From Octopus bimaculoides (Eukaryota), in assembly GCF_001194135.2 (NCBI RefSeq), contig NC_068988.1:43573778-43637777 (forward strand): a stretch of 64,000 nt of DNA, in the 5' to 3' direction. Made by a program: the position numbers and the translations under genes. A model generated the notes under the pieces. That model made no database searches. It worked only from the letters and a program-made list of their open reading frames with translations, and was not told the DNA's origin. Below, piece by piece: positions 12,660 to 25,499 of the stretch. The first letter of the stretch is position 1; every line of letters begins with the position of its first letter.

Positions 12660-12850
12660 AGGCGGCGAGCTGGTACGCTGGGCAAAATGCTTAGCGACAT
12701 TTCGTCCGTCTGTACGTCTTGAGTTCAAATTCCGCCGAGGTCGACTTTGCTTCACCCTCTTGATGATCGATAAAATGAGCACTGGGATCGATGTAATCGG
12801 TTTACCTCATCTTCCGAAATTGCCAGCCTTGTGCCAAAATTTGAACCCAA
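12660..12850 (+). mobile_element. SINE group A
   Basis: Clean copy: 'ggcggcgagctggtacgctgggcaaaatgcttagcgacatttcgtcc...gagttcaaattccgccgaggtcgactttgc...actgggatcgatgtaatcg'. Confidence 0.85.
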
Positions 12851-14039
12851 TATTCAATGGCTATTACAATCCATTTCTAGTGACTTAGAAGAAAAAGGGC
12901 ACCTTTTAAAAGCCTCCTAGATTTATGAGAGAAAAGGAGGAAATTATCCTCAGACTGGAGTCCTGGCTCGAATGTTTTCAACAGAGTGGACTTCACTAGA
13001 GACAGCAATGGGCCGAGTAATATCGTTAAAGCGTGCGACTGATCCAGTTTCTCATTCCCATCGGCTTCCATACAGTTTTTACTAAACCAAATTTCACTCA
13101 CGAATCTTTGGCCCACCTGACACAATGACAGTTGATACTCTCACGCTGTCCTACACAATGTGGCTAAGCATGAAACCATTATTTTTGCGAAGCAAATTTC
13201 TTATCCCTGTAAATGTATCTGGATATATTGCGCATGGCGACCCGATGATATGTATTTTTGGAGTTCAATATCTCCTTAAACACTGACATGCAATGATTTA
13301 ACGTATTCAGTCTCGGAACACCAATATCAATATTGATTTTAAAGTCTCTTTTGTTCACGTAAAGAAATTTGAGTTGGATGATAAGTTCTAAAGACGGTAA
13401 ATAAAATAAAAATATAGAATATAAAAAAAGTAATGGAAGCGTATAAAAGTATATAACTTTATCAAGAGGATTGAATCATTAGATTGACTATAGAACCAGT
13501 CAGTCTGTTCCAAGAATCTTATGCCTTTTTGTAATGAGTAGCGATAAGAAATAGGATTCTGAAAATAAAATAAAATAAACTACTTCAAATAGAGAAAAAA
13601 AATGTAGATAATGTCAGTGAGACAATTGAAAACGCTTAAGGTTTCGAATTAAACAATTCTGAATTAAAGAAGATATCAAAGGAAGTCTATAAAAATATAC
13701 GCGATTATCATCATCATCATCATCATCATCATAATCATCATCATCATAATCATCATCATCATCATCAAGCGAATGAGAAAGCATCTAAATTTGCAGAAAT
13801 AAGCAGTAAAATCTCTTTCAAATCACATCCTTTTTTCTTAAAGAGATTCACATTTGATAATATAAATGTTAAAATAGTTTTATGTCTGTAAAGATTAGAT
13901 GGGATCGTCACGGAAGGAACCACTTTGAGCATTGGTTTACTCTGTCGGGTCTGTGTTCTTGTTGGCTGACAACATTATCGTTGTTGATCAGTATAGTAAT
14001 TTTCTTGAATCAATATTTTTTTGTATAGGTCAGTTATGA

Positions 14040-14420
14040 AGAGTTAAAAGGAGAGGCAGTGACCATTATCTTTGAAGACATACGCAGACTTTGTGAGATC
14101 GATGAAGTTGATATTCAGTTTAATCTTATCTTATTCCATTCAGTCATTAGTCGAGGGAAGATTGATTGAATGGAATGTTTTGACAAGCCACCAATCTACA
14201 TATTAGTTTCCAATATCGCCGAGCGTTACGTTTTTGTTTCTCTGACTCATACACTGGAACCATGTTGTATGTGCAGAGGTGTATCTAATTATTTCAACCT
14301 GTGCCTTGGCTGTGTCTAGGTCCTAAACGTACAGACGATAGTACTATAAGCTTTACAACTCACAATTTCGAGAACATCTCCCAGTATTTCCTCTAGCGTT
14401 TTTTCCCAACTGCTGTTTTT
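14040..14420 (-). mobile_element. Possible CR1/L2-group LINE C-terminal remnant
   Basis: Minus-strand pieces SWEKTLEE, IFPRLMTEWNKI and TKSAYVFKD resemble the 'FFPRT..EWN.LP...FK' end of such LINE ORF2s; heavily decayed. Confidence 0.3.
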
Positions 14421-15139
14421 ATGGTCATTAGAAACCATTACTGCTTTTCTGATGACACAGATATGTTATTTTTTCTTTACTCCTTATTTTTCTCTTTACG
14501 CTCAAGGAATAAAAGTCTGTCTTCGTACAATTCTCAAGGTGATTTTCTTTTGGAGCTTTGCCAGATATAAAGATTGTATGTGTTTGACGAAGAGACAGAG
14601 TTAGCTGTTTTAACTCTGTTACTCTATGCATTGTTTAACATTGTCTAACATTGTCTAACATTGTCTGTGCGCGAGCGTTGTTGTTGTTGCTACCGCTATG
14701 GTTTGAAATATTCGTTAACGTTCGAAATATTTTTTTCTTTAAAATATTCATTTTAAATGTTAATCATTCATTAACTAAATGTTTTTAACTTCCTTCTTTT
14801 CATTGTAACTATACATTCTGTGGCGCAATTTTTTTTTTGTGCTGTCTTTTATGTTTTGCACGTTGTTGTATATTCGGTTGATGAATCTGGTAGACATTTT
14901 AATATAAAATATCGTCAAAATATAAAACAAATGAAGATACGTGTAAAACACAAAACTCTTTTGTTTACTTCTGGGTATCAGTTGATCATCCAAAGATAAT
15001 TAAAATTTTGATTGGCAATTATTAGAAAGGAAGAATTTTCGTTTGAAATTGCCATAGAGAACTAGAATCTGAGAGCGATGTAAATAAAAAAATGTGTGAA
15101 AGCTAGGTTAGTCAATAATGATGATAGTCATAATAATAA

Positions 15140-15290
15140 TTCTTGCTAATCTTGGAACAAAGCCAACAATTTCGAAGAGGAATTGCTAGTCAGTCACATT
15201 GACTCCAGCGGTCAGCTGGTATCCGCAGAATAAAAAGAAAGCGAAATACCGCTAAGCTTTTCGCCCGGTTCTGCCAACTCCTCGCCTTTC
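15140..15290 (-). mobile_element. SINE group A, degenerate
   Basis: 'gcgaaataccgctaagcttttcgcccggttctgccaactcctcgcc' is the reverse complement of the group A head. Confidence 0.65.
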
Positions 15291-15471
15291 AATAACTAAT
15301 GACAATAAAACGAAATACGGCAGTTTCTGAACCACTTTATGAAATTAGGTTATCTAACTTCCTTATTTATTATTGATCTTTATTTCTTTATCCCTAGTTT
15401 ATCCTAAGATTGACCAGAATTGATCACCTTGATCACTTACCCCATTTATAACTCGAAAGGGTGTGATCAAA

Positions 15472-16094
15472 CCCTTGGTGGGCCGGTGGGGTTGAAATTA
15501 CACAAAAGGCCATTGGGGTCTCGAAGGACCCCCTTTTATTTTTGCGCGTTTCCGCACTATCCATAAAGTGTTATTTGTTTAATCTTGTAATATATGTGTG
15601 AGTGCATGATGCAGAGCAAGAAATTTAGCATTTTATAGGAATCTATTTGTAATTAGAGATTAATGGAGAGTAATTAATATATAATTTATTGAATGAAAAA
15701 ACCTATATTGAAAGAAATCAACATTCTTTATAGTTTTATAAACTATACATATAGCACTAAATATAAAACAATACAAAATTATTTAGTATATCGATTCATA
15801 CCAATACAAACACGAAGAAAATTGATTTATAGTTCATCAGAATATCTGAAAAAAGTACTGAAAAAAAAAGATTTCACAGAAGGCTAATGGGGTCCAGTTG
15901 GACCCCAATCGCCCATATTTTATGCTAATACATCCACATGACTGGAAATTATTAACTCGAAATTTATATGTGCATACATAAACTATTGACAATAAAAGTC
16001 ACGAGATATAAAATCATTTATATAAAAAATATAAAAGTTGCGTAACTTCTAACATTTGCTGGGGTTCCAAGGTACCACACCGGCCCACGAAGGG
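15472..16094. mobile_element. piggyBac-type MITE
   Basis: Left end cccttggtgggccggtggggt and inverted right end accacaccggcccacgaaggg (2 mismatches); TTAA at 16095-16098 (left TSD degenerate); internal ggggt...gacccc palindromes. Confidence 0.7.
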
Positions 16095-16756
16095 TTAAGA
16101 GAGATTTAAGATTTGCGATTCAGCTACTTTGTTTTCTTTCAAGTCGAGGCGACAAATTAAGAAGATCCTATTTTCTATATTCCGATTGTTATGTAACCGT
16201 TGCTTTGTAAACCATTTTTTCGGAAGTGTTACTTTGGCGCAAAAAAGATATAATCATTGAAACTTTCAGTAACAAATATAAACGCAAAAAAAATATAAAG
16301 TTACAAACAAAATAACTAAAAGAAAGCTTAATATTGCTTAATCTGAGAACGTTAGAAAATATTTTCTGTCAACGAAAATAACTGCATTTCTTAATCTTAT
16401 CATATCTCGTTATTTTTCTGTCAATTTTCATTCAAATTCTTATAAAACAATTAACATGAAATTCAGTGTCTGTGAATATTTGAAAAGTGTGACTTAATTG
16501 CTGAACAATTGAAGGGTGAGACTTAATTAAAACAACGTAAGACACATGAAATGTGTTGGAATTCACTATTACAGGTCTATTTATGGCGTTATTTTTCTGT
16601 TTTTTGCAAATAATATTTTCCCATTTATTTTTCGATATTTTCGCATTTTCTAATTTCACTTTTTAAGAACATCCATTTCTGTACTGCTGCATGTCTGTAA
16701 TTAAGTTCTATCAATATACGTACACACACACTCACATACACGCACGCACGCACGCA

Positions 16757-16757
16757 T

Positions 16758-16849
<92 letters not shown>

Positions 16850-17042
16850 TCCCACATATTCACACATTCACGCACACACAAACATACACACACGCTCACA
16901 TAATGCCTTCCTTTTCTCTTTCTCTTCCCTCTATATATTTATATACCTATCTCTCTACCTATTTGTGTCTCAATCAATTTATGATCCTCTCTCATTGCTT
17001 ATTTCTCCCTTCCTATCGCTTTTCTTTTTAGTTTCATTCGTC

Positions 17043-17130
<88 letters not shown>

Positions 17131-17153
17131 ATATATACATATATAAGCATACG

Positions 17154-17187
<34 letters not shown>

Positions 17188-17295
17188 TGTATGTATATAT
17201 ATATATATATTTTCCTTTCCCGAGCGTCCAATAACACTATCTGTATCACGTCCTCACTTTGTTGTTTTTTTGTTATTGTTTTTTGTGTTTTTTTT

Positions 17296-17358
<63 letters not shown>
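16757..17358. repeat. Microsatellite cluster (CA)n, (CTAT)n, (TATG)n, (TA)n
   Basis: Seen directly, interleaved with short unclassified sequence. Confidence 0.95.
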
Positions 17359-17366
<8 letters not shown>

Positions 17367-18665
17367 ACTTGGGGATGGTCATATTGCCAGTTTAGCCAAT
17401 AAAAACACACGCACTGTATATTTGGTGTTAATTTGCTTCAGCTTTATATTACATTATATATATATATATAATAACTACATATGTACATAGATACATATAT
17501 AGATACACAAACATATGCGACTATATTTGTCTTTCGTTTATCACCTCGCTTTCTCGACAATCAGTAACATTAATCGAAGCTATCAACCAATGTTAGATTA
17601 ATCGACCTATTTACGACCAAAGAAGTTAGTTAATGAACTTCAAAACGAAGGAAATGGTTGTAGAGTGTTTTTAGTGAAGATAAAAACACACAATCAGGAA
17701 GTATTAAACGGCAAAGAATAGCCAGACAAGTAGTTACTTAATAACATAGCTATAAACATATATATATATATATATGCATATAACTAGCGTGCTAGATAAA
17801 TATATAAAGGGAATATATTATTAGGAAATGAAAAGGAGCTAAGGAGCTATAGAAACCAGGAACTTGGAAAAGAAAAGAGAAGCAAAAGAATAAAAGTTAG
17901 GAAATATTTAAAGAAAAAGAAACGAAAGATGTAAATGAAAGAAGGAAAGTGAAAAGGAATTTTTAAAGAAAAAATAGAAGAGAAATAAAAATAGAAAAGA
18001 ATAAAAGCAGAGAGAAAAGTAAATGAAGCTTCTATAGAAGTTAACTGTAAATTGAATGTTTCTAATCGGATAACATTAATCAATTATAAGAAGATTATCT
18101 GCAAGAAAATTTAGAACAAGCTCCATGAATAGAAATGGCATGCTGGAGGGACATTTAGACATTGTGTCATCTCTATTCGTATACACTGTTTAATGTATGG
18201 TTTGTGTTTTTAAAATGTGGTTAGATTGCTGGTTATTGCTTGTGGTTCCCCTATGAGTTCGGATAGAGATGAAACTTCCAAATTGGGCTTTGTCACATGC
18301 TATAATTAGGATTGTTGGGCAGTCTAAAAGATTCCATTAGTATAATTTTTGTTTTGGTATATATGTATGCGTGCCTCTTCTATCTTTTAATTATTATATA
18401 TCTTCTACTGATGAGGGGGTCAGTTTCCAACAAAGAAACAAGGCTCCATTCTGGTGATGTAGTTAACACAGACAAATTCACATTTGGAACTTGAGAAAAG
18501 TCTTGCGTATTTTTACTGTTCCACTCACCGATTGCACTTGTAATGTACGAATTAGCCGGTCAATTTCCCTTTCTATTACAAAATAGAAAATCCCAGTTTA
18601 TCCAGATTCCCCTTTAAGCATTTACTAACAAAACCTAGTGCTCCAATTATTATTGGTATGAATAT

Positions 18666-19030
18666 GGAGGCATAATGGCCCAGTGGTTAGGGCAGCGGAC
18701 TCGCGGTCGTGGAATCGCAGTTTCGATTCGCAGACCGGGCGTTGTGAGTGTTTATTGAGCGAAAACGCCTAAAGCTCCACGAGGCTTCGGCAGGGGATCG
18801 TAGCAAACCCTGCTGTACTTTTTCACCACAACTTTCTCTCACTCTTTCTTCCTGTTTCTGTTGTACCTGTATTTCAAAGGGCCAGCCTTGTCACACACTG
18901 TGCCACGCTGAATCTCGCTGAGAACTACGTTAAGAGTACACGTGTCTGTAGAGTGCTCAGCCACTTGCACGTTAATTTCCCGAGCAGGCTGTTCCGTGAT
19001 CGGATCAACTGGAAACCTCATCGCCGTAAC
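18666..19030 (+). mobile_element. tRNA-derived SINE group B (head 1 plus tail X)
   Basis: A-box 'tggcccagtgg' and B-box 'gtttcgattc'; highly similar to 27063-27450. Confidence 0.9.
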
Positions 19031-19034
19031 CTGT

Positions 19035-19230
19035 TTTGTCTCTTTTGTCGAACCGGTTGATGTGGGAACAAACCGAAATACATAGACATACAATGAGTTT
19101 CCAGGCAAACCACTCACAAGGCTTTGATTATACCGAGGATATAGTCGAAGGCATTTACTCAAGGTGTCGCGTAAGGAGACTGAACTCAAAACCACGTGGG
19201 TGCAAAGCGAGCTTCTTAACAACATAGCTT
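19035..19230 (-). mobile_element. SINE group C fragment
   Basis: 'cactcacaaggctttg...gactgaactcaaaaccacgtgggtgcaaagcgagcttctt' matches group C. Confidence 0.65.
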
Positions 19231-19590
19231 TGCTCATGTGTAATGTTTCATGAGGAATTGAACTAAATACTTAGGTTATATGAATATATTGTGACAACAA
19301 TGCGAAAACAGTCTCCGTAAAAGCAGAACGTGTCTGTGTTGAAAAGCATTGTGTATTGGCGAAAGTATTCTGCTAGCATTAAGCACGTGTGTTTCGTGAT
19401 TTAAGTACGTTGACGTCATGAGAAACTTGTTAACAGATAGGACGTTATTTTTGTGATAAGGCAACACGAATAGAACGAGGGGAGTAGTGTTTGATAAATA
19501 TTGAACTTACTAGAATTCAGGCAAATTAGGTGAGAGATAAGTTGTCTGTATTTATCGATGCCTTTAATGACTTTTGCTCATTCCTTGCAG

Positions 19591-19665
19591 ATTTGTTCTG
19601 TTCTGTCATTATTGATCTGCATCATGTTTGAAAAGTTGACTGAGCGCATTCGCGGTCTTAGCTGA
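19591..19665 (+). CDS. Candidate terminal coding exon (hydrophobic segment plus basic tail), unverified
   Basis: Acceptor 'ttttgctcattccttgcag|' ending at 19590; phase-0 reading ICSVLSLLICIMFEKLTERIRGLS*; no repeat recognised here. Confidence 0.25.
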   Translation: MCSVLSLLICIMFEKLTERIRGLS

Positions 19666-20104
19666 AATCTCTTTACATAGAGACGATGTTATCAAACTGA
19701 AATGAAATGGTGCGATACACAGGCATCGGACTGAAGACTAGGACATGATTTTAAGAAGTAGGAATTTCATTCAAACATAACCGATTTACATTTCGATTCT
19801 CCGAATTCGGAATGGAATTCTAAAACTTGAGTATGTGAATGACTGAGATTCGGTTAAACGTTTCTGAATTTGCTTTGATCTGAACCGCCAGGTAAAGAAC
19901 AGACAAGAACAAAAACCGACCCTGGATAAAGATAAAGATAAGATAAAAATAAAAGATTATAGAGAAGTCTACTCTGAACTGTGGGATTAGGGTTACGGTT
20001 AGGGTAGGATTAGGGTTACGGTTAGGGTAGGATTAGGAATACCCCTTAACATTTTATTTCTTACGTGTAAATAACCACTCAAATATTGTGCTAAGTAGTA
20101 ATAT

Positions 20105-20490
20105 GCTTAGGAGCAGGTTCGCTCCCCAACCACATGACTACAGGTTCAGTCTCATTGTGTGGTACCTTGGGCAAGTGTCTTCTGTAGTCTCGGGCCGACA
20201 CAAAAGTTTGTGAGTGGGTTTGATAGACGGAAACTGACAGAAGCCCGTCGAATATGTCTATACCTACGCGTGACTTTGTGTCCGTGTTTGTCCCCGGCAC
20301 CGCTTGACAACCGGTGATAGCGTGTTTAGGTCTCCGTAAATTAGCGGTTCGGCAAAAAGGAACCGATAGAATAAATACTAGGCTTCAACAAAAATACTGG
20401 GGTCGATTCATTCAGCTAAAATTTCTAAAGGTGGTGCCCCAGCATGGTCGCACTCTAATGATTGAAACTTAGTAAAAGATAAGCGATAAA
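20105..20490 (+). mobile_element. SINE group C
   Basis: Near full length: 'ccaaccacatg...ggttcagtctcattgtgtggtaccttgggcaagtgtcttc...ggtgccccagcatggtcgcactctaatgattgaaac'. Confidence 0.9.
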
Positions 20491-20974
20491 GGATACAAGC
20501 TAGTAGCATCAATTATTGTTCTTTGTACGACCGGTCCAACTGGAACATTTGACCTTCTGATTGATCTATCGATAATCAAGGAAATCAGTAATTTAGAATA
20601 ATACCTTGGTGTTGTGTGTGCACCAGTAAATGATAAAGATAAGACAGATTTCTGTTTTATGTTCAATGTAGCAGCAGCAGCAGCAGCAGCAGCAGTTTCT
20701 AACAATACTTTCACAGAACTATCTTGCGTCAAAATGAATATATTTTTATATACGTTAATCGATAAGTACTTAGGAAATATTACACATACACATGTATGTA
20801 TGTATATGTAGATGAGTGTGTATATACGTATGTATTTATTTATACATAAATAATAGATATTAGGAAAGAAAATATTTCCTTTCATACATACATGCATACA
20901 TATACACACACACTTACACACACACGCACGCACACACATATGTATGTATGTGCATAGACACATCTACAACCCCC

Positions 20975-21025
<51 letters not shown>

Positions 21026-21705
21026 CCCTTGCAGGAAATAATAATTAGTGTTGTTGTAGTTGCTGTCTCCTTTATCAACACAATGTCTCCCGTATCACTA
21101 GATCTATGTCTCTGTGTCTCAGACAGACAAAATATTGTGTTGTATTGTTTTGTTTCAGTGTGCATAAGTATTCAAGTTAGAAACTTATATTAGCTTTTAT
21201 AGTTTGTGTAAGTGTAAGGTTGTTTTTTGAAATTCAATACAATAGATTTTCCCTTTAGTCACAAAGAAGAATCAGTCTGTTGCTGATAGAATTTGAAGAT
21301 ATTTCAAATTTATTTTTTGTGTAATATTTCCTCCTCTTTTAGCTACAACAATGGGCGATCAGCACATTCTAAATAATCATTTGTTAGCAGCGAAATCTGT
21401 GGTAATATGTGAAAATGTTAATTGTTAGTTGTCGATATACACCTTGGTTGATGATGCTTATTAATGATGATAAGATGAAGGACGACATCAATGGGAATTT
21501 TAACTACAATAATTAGGATTAAGATTTAACTAATGACACTAATTAAGACAATGATTGCAGAATGAAGATAATAAATATAAACAAAGAACGATGTTGCACT
21601 AAACACTCGTTGTCAACGCTCGAGAATCTATTTCTTAAAGTTGGCGAAAGATGATGAAATAGACACGAAAGCAAAATCTGTTCTATACACCTCTCTCTTT
21701 TTTTA

Positions 21706-21777
<72 letters not shown>

Positions 21778-21795
21778 GTGAATATATTTATTTAA

Positions 21796-22065
21796 CCACT
21801 CATCATTCTTGGGATTATGGCCGTTTCACAACCTTCATCATGTAATTATAGTTTCAGTGTTTACATGTCTGAATTAATATGCATTCTACAGAATTACATA
21901 ATACAATTGTATATTTACAAATCAATGCAGATAAAGAAAGCTAGCTCATCAGATCACCAAATCATCGTGATTACGCCAATGCTTAAATTCTGGCTATACA
22001 TACAAATTTTTATGATTACATGATGTAGGTTGTGAAACGGCCGTAATCCTAAAGATGGTAAGTGG
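21796..22065. mobile_element. piggyBac-type MITE (270 bp)
   Basis: TTAA at 21792-21795 and 22066-22069; about 55-bp imperfect TIR ccactcatcattcttgggattatggccgtttcacaaccttcatcatgtaat and its inverse. Confidence 0.8.
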
Positions 22066-22232
22066 TTAAATAACTATATTCGTTTCTCATTCCTCCTGTC
22101 ATTTTATGTTTTATATATTCTTCCTGAAATATTCCCATCGATCGGATATCCTAGATTTTTGGTGCATAGAACACTGCATTATATTCCGCCGCATTGGATT
22201 ACCATGCGGTCTGTTAGCCAAGTCCGCTGGAG

Positions 22233-22353
22233 AGGCTTTCTGTGATACATATACATATAAGCATGGTAGAAAGGCTTTCTGTGATACATATACATATAAG
22301 CGATGGTAGAAAGGCTTTTTGTGATACATATACATATAAGCGATGGTAGAAAG
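22233..22353. repeat. Minisatellite, about 3 x 40 bp
   Basis: Unit agaaaggctttctgtgatacatatacatataagcgatggt repeated with no spacers. Confidence 0.9.
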
Positions 22354-22734
22354 AAAGGGACAAATTAACGTAGGTAGAAATAGTAAACAAATAAAGCGAA
22401 ATTGAAAATGCTTAGCGGCATTTCGTCCGTCTTCTTTTGTATAATGCCGTATTGATATCAATATTAATCTCTTGTCTATTTGTATATCTACGTAAGTTTG
22501 GCATTATTGCATATGTGCCATGTATGTCAGTGAACATCATCAAAGCATATCAGTTGGAGTAAGTTCTCTAGGGACATTATTAAACAGCCTTCCTCGCTTC
22601 CCACATTAACCATAGCAACTACTGGTTGATTGCGTTATTTTGCTATCGGCCTTGTTCCATCTGTAACCTGATGCTGCGTTGTTTTGACCTGTCAACAAGA
22701 TATCATATTTATATGTAGTTCTTAACTTTATTTT

Positions 22735-23098
22735 CTATGTCTTTTATCTTTTACTTGTTTCAGTCATTACACTGCGGCCATGCTTGGGCACTGCCATGAA
22801 GAAATTTTTAGTAGAGTGAATCAACCCCAGTACTTATTATTGTGTTAAGCATGGTACTTATTCTATCGGGTCTCTTTTGCCGAACTGTTAGGTAACAAGG
22901 ACGTAAACACACTAACACCGGTTCTCAAGTGGTGGTGGGGGACAAACAGACATAAAGACACACACGTAGGTATATTGATACCAAGGCTTTGGTCGGCACG
23001 AGACTATAATAGAAGACACTTGCCCTAGGTGCAACGCAGAGAGACTGAACTCGGAGCCACGTAGTTGAAAAGCAAGCTCCTTACCGCACAGCCACGCC
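22735..23098 (-). mobile_element. SINE group C
   Basis: Near full-length reverse copy from 'ttttatcttttacttgtttcagtc' to 'cttaccgcacagccacgcc'. Confidence 0.9.
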
Positions 23099-23786
23099 TT
23101 AACTTCATTTTTATATTTTTTTTATTTCTTAGTTCTTATTATTTATTTGTGACCCAATTTAATTTTTATATTTAATTTTTAATTTTTTTCCTTACACATT
23201 TTATAAATTTTTATATTTCATATTTCTTTACCATTCTTTTTTAATATTTTGCATTTCTTTTATCCCCTTTACTCAATATTTTTCGGTTCCCGCTTATTTA
23301 TTCCATTGAGGCATTCTTTTCTAAAATGTTGTTTTCCTAGTCTCCTATTTATCAGTATTATTATTTTTATTCTTATTTATATAATCTACTTATATTTAAT
23401 TTTACTTTTTTCTTATTCCTCTCTGAATGCTTTATATTTTGTTATTTCCTGCACGCTTGATTTTGCTCCAATCGCAATTTCTATAACAATTTATGTTATT
23501 ACTTCTCCCTTCTCTCATGCACTGTCTCTATTACTGTTTGAGCATCATTCTTTCTCTCTCTCCCTTTCTCTCTCCCTCTCTCCGTCTCTCTACGAATATA
23601 TATATATATATATGTACGTGCGTGTGTGTGTGTGTGTGCATGTCTGTGTCTGTGTCCGTGTGTATGTTTGTGTAGGGTTATTATTTTCATATTTCGATAT
23701 TTACATCTGATGTGATGGCTTGTACTATTATGATCGAGGAAGCAATTGCATTGAAAGACTCGGAATCAATAACTTGTTTTTTTGTG

Positions 23787-23858
<72 letters not shown>

Positions 23859-23929
23859 CAATTATATTTTTTCTTTATGGTAACATATTGCGCATGGCTG
23901 TTTATATTAATTTTTGTATATATATGTGT

Positions 23930-24110
23930 GCCCTGCCACAAAAATTAAGAAATCTGCATAAGGTGGAAGTAGATGTCCTCAAAAAGGAACTAGACATCCT
24001 CCTCCTCTCCACAATGCCGGATGAACCGACAACCCGACATGAAGTGCAGATGAGGGTAGCGGAATCAAACTCCCCTATATACCAAATGGGCCAACAGCTG
24101 GGACAAAGGC
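23930..24110 (+). mobile_element. CR1-clade LINE ORF2 C-terminal fragment
   Basis: ALPQKLRNLHKVEVDVLKKELDILL...PDEPT...RVAESNSPIYQ matches the 'LP..RN...FK..LD..L..PDEP...A.SNS..Q' end of invertebrate CR1 elements. Confidence 0.7.
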
Positions 24111-24319
24111 ACATACAAGAGTGGCGATATAAAAGTGATGCAAAAGTTACTTCGCAAAAAGTTACCTCCCTTATCCATGTAGCCCACGAAAGGGTATCCT
24201 CTGCCCCCAGGCAGCCCGTTACTCATTATGTGAAAATTTTTTAAAGTCTAAAGCCATGTCTGGAACAAATGTAATGTATGTTCCAAGTTTGGAGAAAATC
24301 AGTGGAGAAACCAGTGTTG

Positions 24320-24500
24320 GTTTCTTTACTCCGCCATAACTCAGCGATTTGGCAAAAGAGATCGATAAGTATAAATACATTTTTTTTTATTACACTTAAA
24401 TAAAATCATAAGTACTAGTGCCGTTTTGTTCATGTCACACATTTGAAGGTGGTGCCCCAGCACGGTCGCAGTCCAATGCGTGAAACAAATCAAAGAATAA
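24320..24500 (+). mobile_element. SINE group C 3' fragment
   Basis: 'gatcgataagtataaatac...taagtactagtgccg...ggtgccccagcacggtcgcagtccaatgcgtgaaacaa'. Confidence 0.7.
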
Positions 24501-25499
24501 ATTTAATGTATAAAATTATGATTCTCAGTCATGTAAAATTATTCCTGGGAGTGTAGTTTTAAAATGTTCAATAGTTCTCATTCCATATTAACACCGAACC
24601 ATTTTTTTATAGATATAATAAACAAAATATCGACCATTGTATTGAATAGTGTTTTAATGAATGTGCCGAGAAATTTTAGGAACGTTTATAGAATGAGCAG
24701 GAAAAAAAATAACGTGTATGACAAATATTGTATTAGTCAGGAAAGCAGCTAAAATATGTGATACTGAAACCACAATAGAAACTGAATTATATAAATACCA
24801 GAGAAAGTTAGTGTGTTCTGAAAAGTAAAGAAAAAGAACGAAAACAAAAATAGAACAAAGAATAAACTTAACAATAGAACCCGGCAGGAGTGAATTTTTT
24901 ATTAGATTTTACCGAATTCCTGTCACCAGTTATGAATAATCAAATTAAATTTCGAACGACAGAAAGAACTATATTTTCTCTTTCTCCATAATAATTGGCA
25001 ACCGAAGGTTACAAACCATTTATTTCGTTTCTCCACAGAATCTGTTATATGAACAAGAGGATGTGTAATATTTATGTAACGAATTCAAGTCCTGCTTTGA
25101 GGATAGATAAGAAATCTTAATTGAAGGCAGTACAGTTGTAAAGATCATTTTTCTTCACGAAGATTCTGGAAAGTTATTATGTGAAACATACGTCCTGCTT
25201 AAATGGCATTTTTCGTCACGGTCGACGGTATCGCCACCTTTACTGTACCTGAGCTGTTTCCAGAAACAAGTGCCGAGCTCCAAGTACACTTACCACTTCT
25301 CCAGTTGTTGATACGCCGCGAAGGAAAGACGAGTCAATACCTTCGAGGCATCAATGGAGCAGCAGGGGACGCCAGGTTTTGGTTAAGTATAACTGTACAT
25401 ATCTGTATTAGGGTCCCGTCGGATTTTCTGTAGAAGTTTATTCCCTTAAGTTTTTATAAACATTCACTAAATCTCCCCGTAAGACAGCAGGGGGTCATT

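Noticed and set aside
14029-14172. Protein-like plus-strand frame VSYEELKGEAVTIIFEDIRRLCEIDE after a 'tttttgtatag' acceptor
   Set aside because: Overlaps a probable LINE remnant on the opposite strand, has only a weak donor, and no family is recognised.
18405-18455. CTGATGA...GAAAC spacing suggestive of a hammerhead
   Set aside because: No convincing stem I, II or III pairing.
18666-18740. tRNA-like A/B boxes here and at 27063, 26265, 46420 and 62860
   Set aside because: They continue into SINE bodies and I could not fold a full cloverleaf; these are SINE heads, not tRNA genes.
22233-22353. Regularly spaced 40-bp repeats as a CRISPR array
   Set aside because: No unique spacers, eukaryotic context and no cas genes.
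25203-25433. GC-richer 76-aa ORF, with a GTAAGT donor on the minus strand
   Set aside because: No recognisable motif in any frame, and no consistent acceptor-donor open exon.
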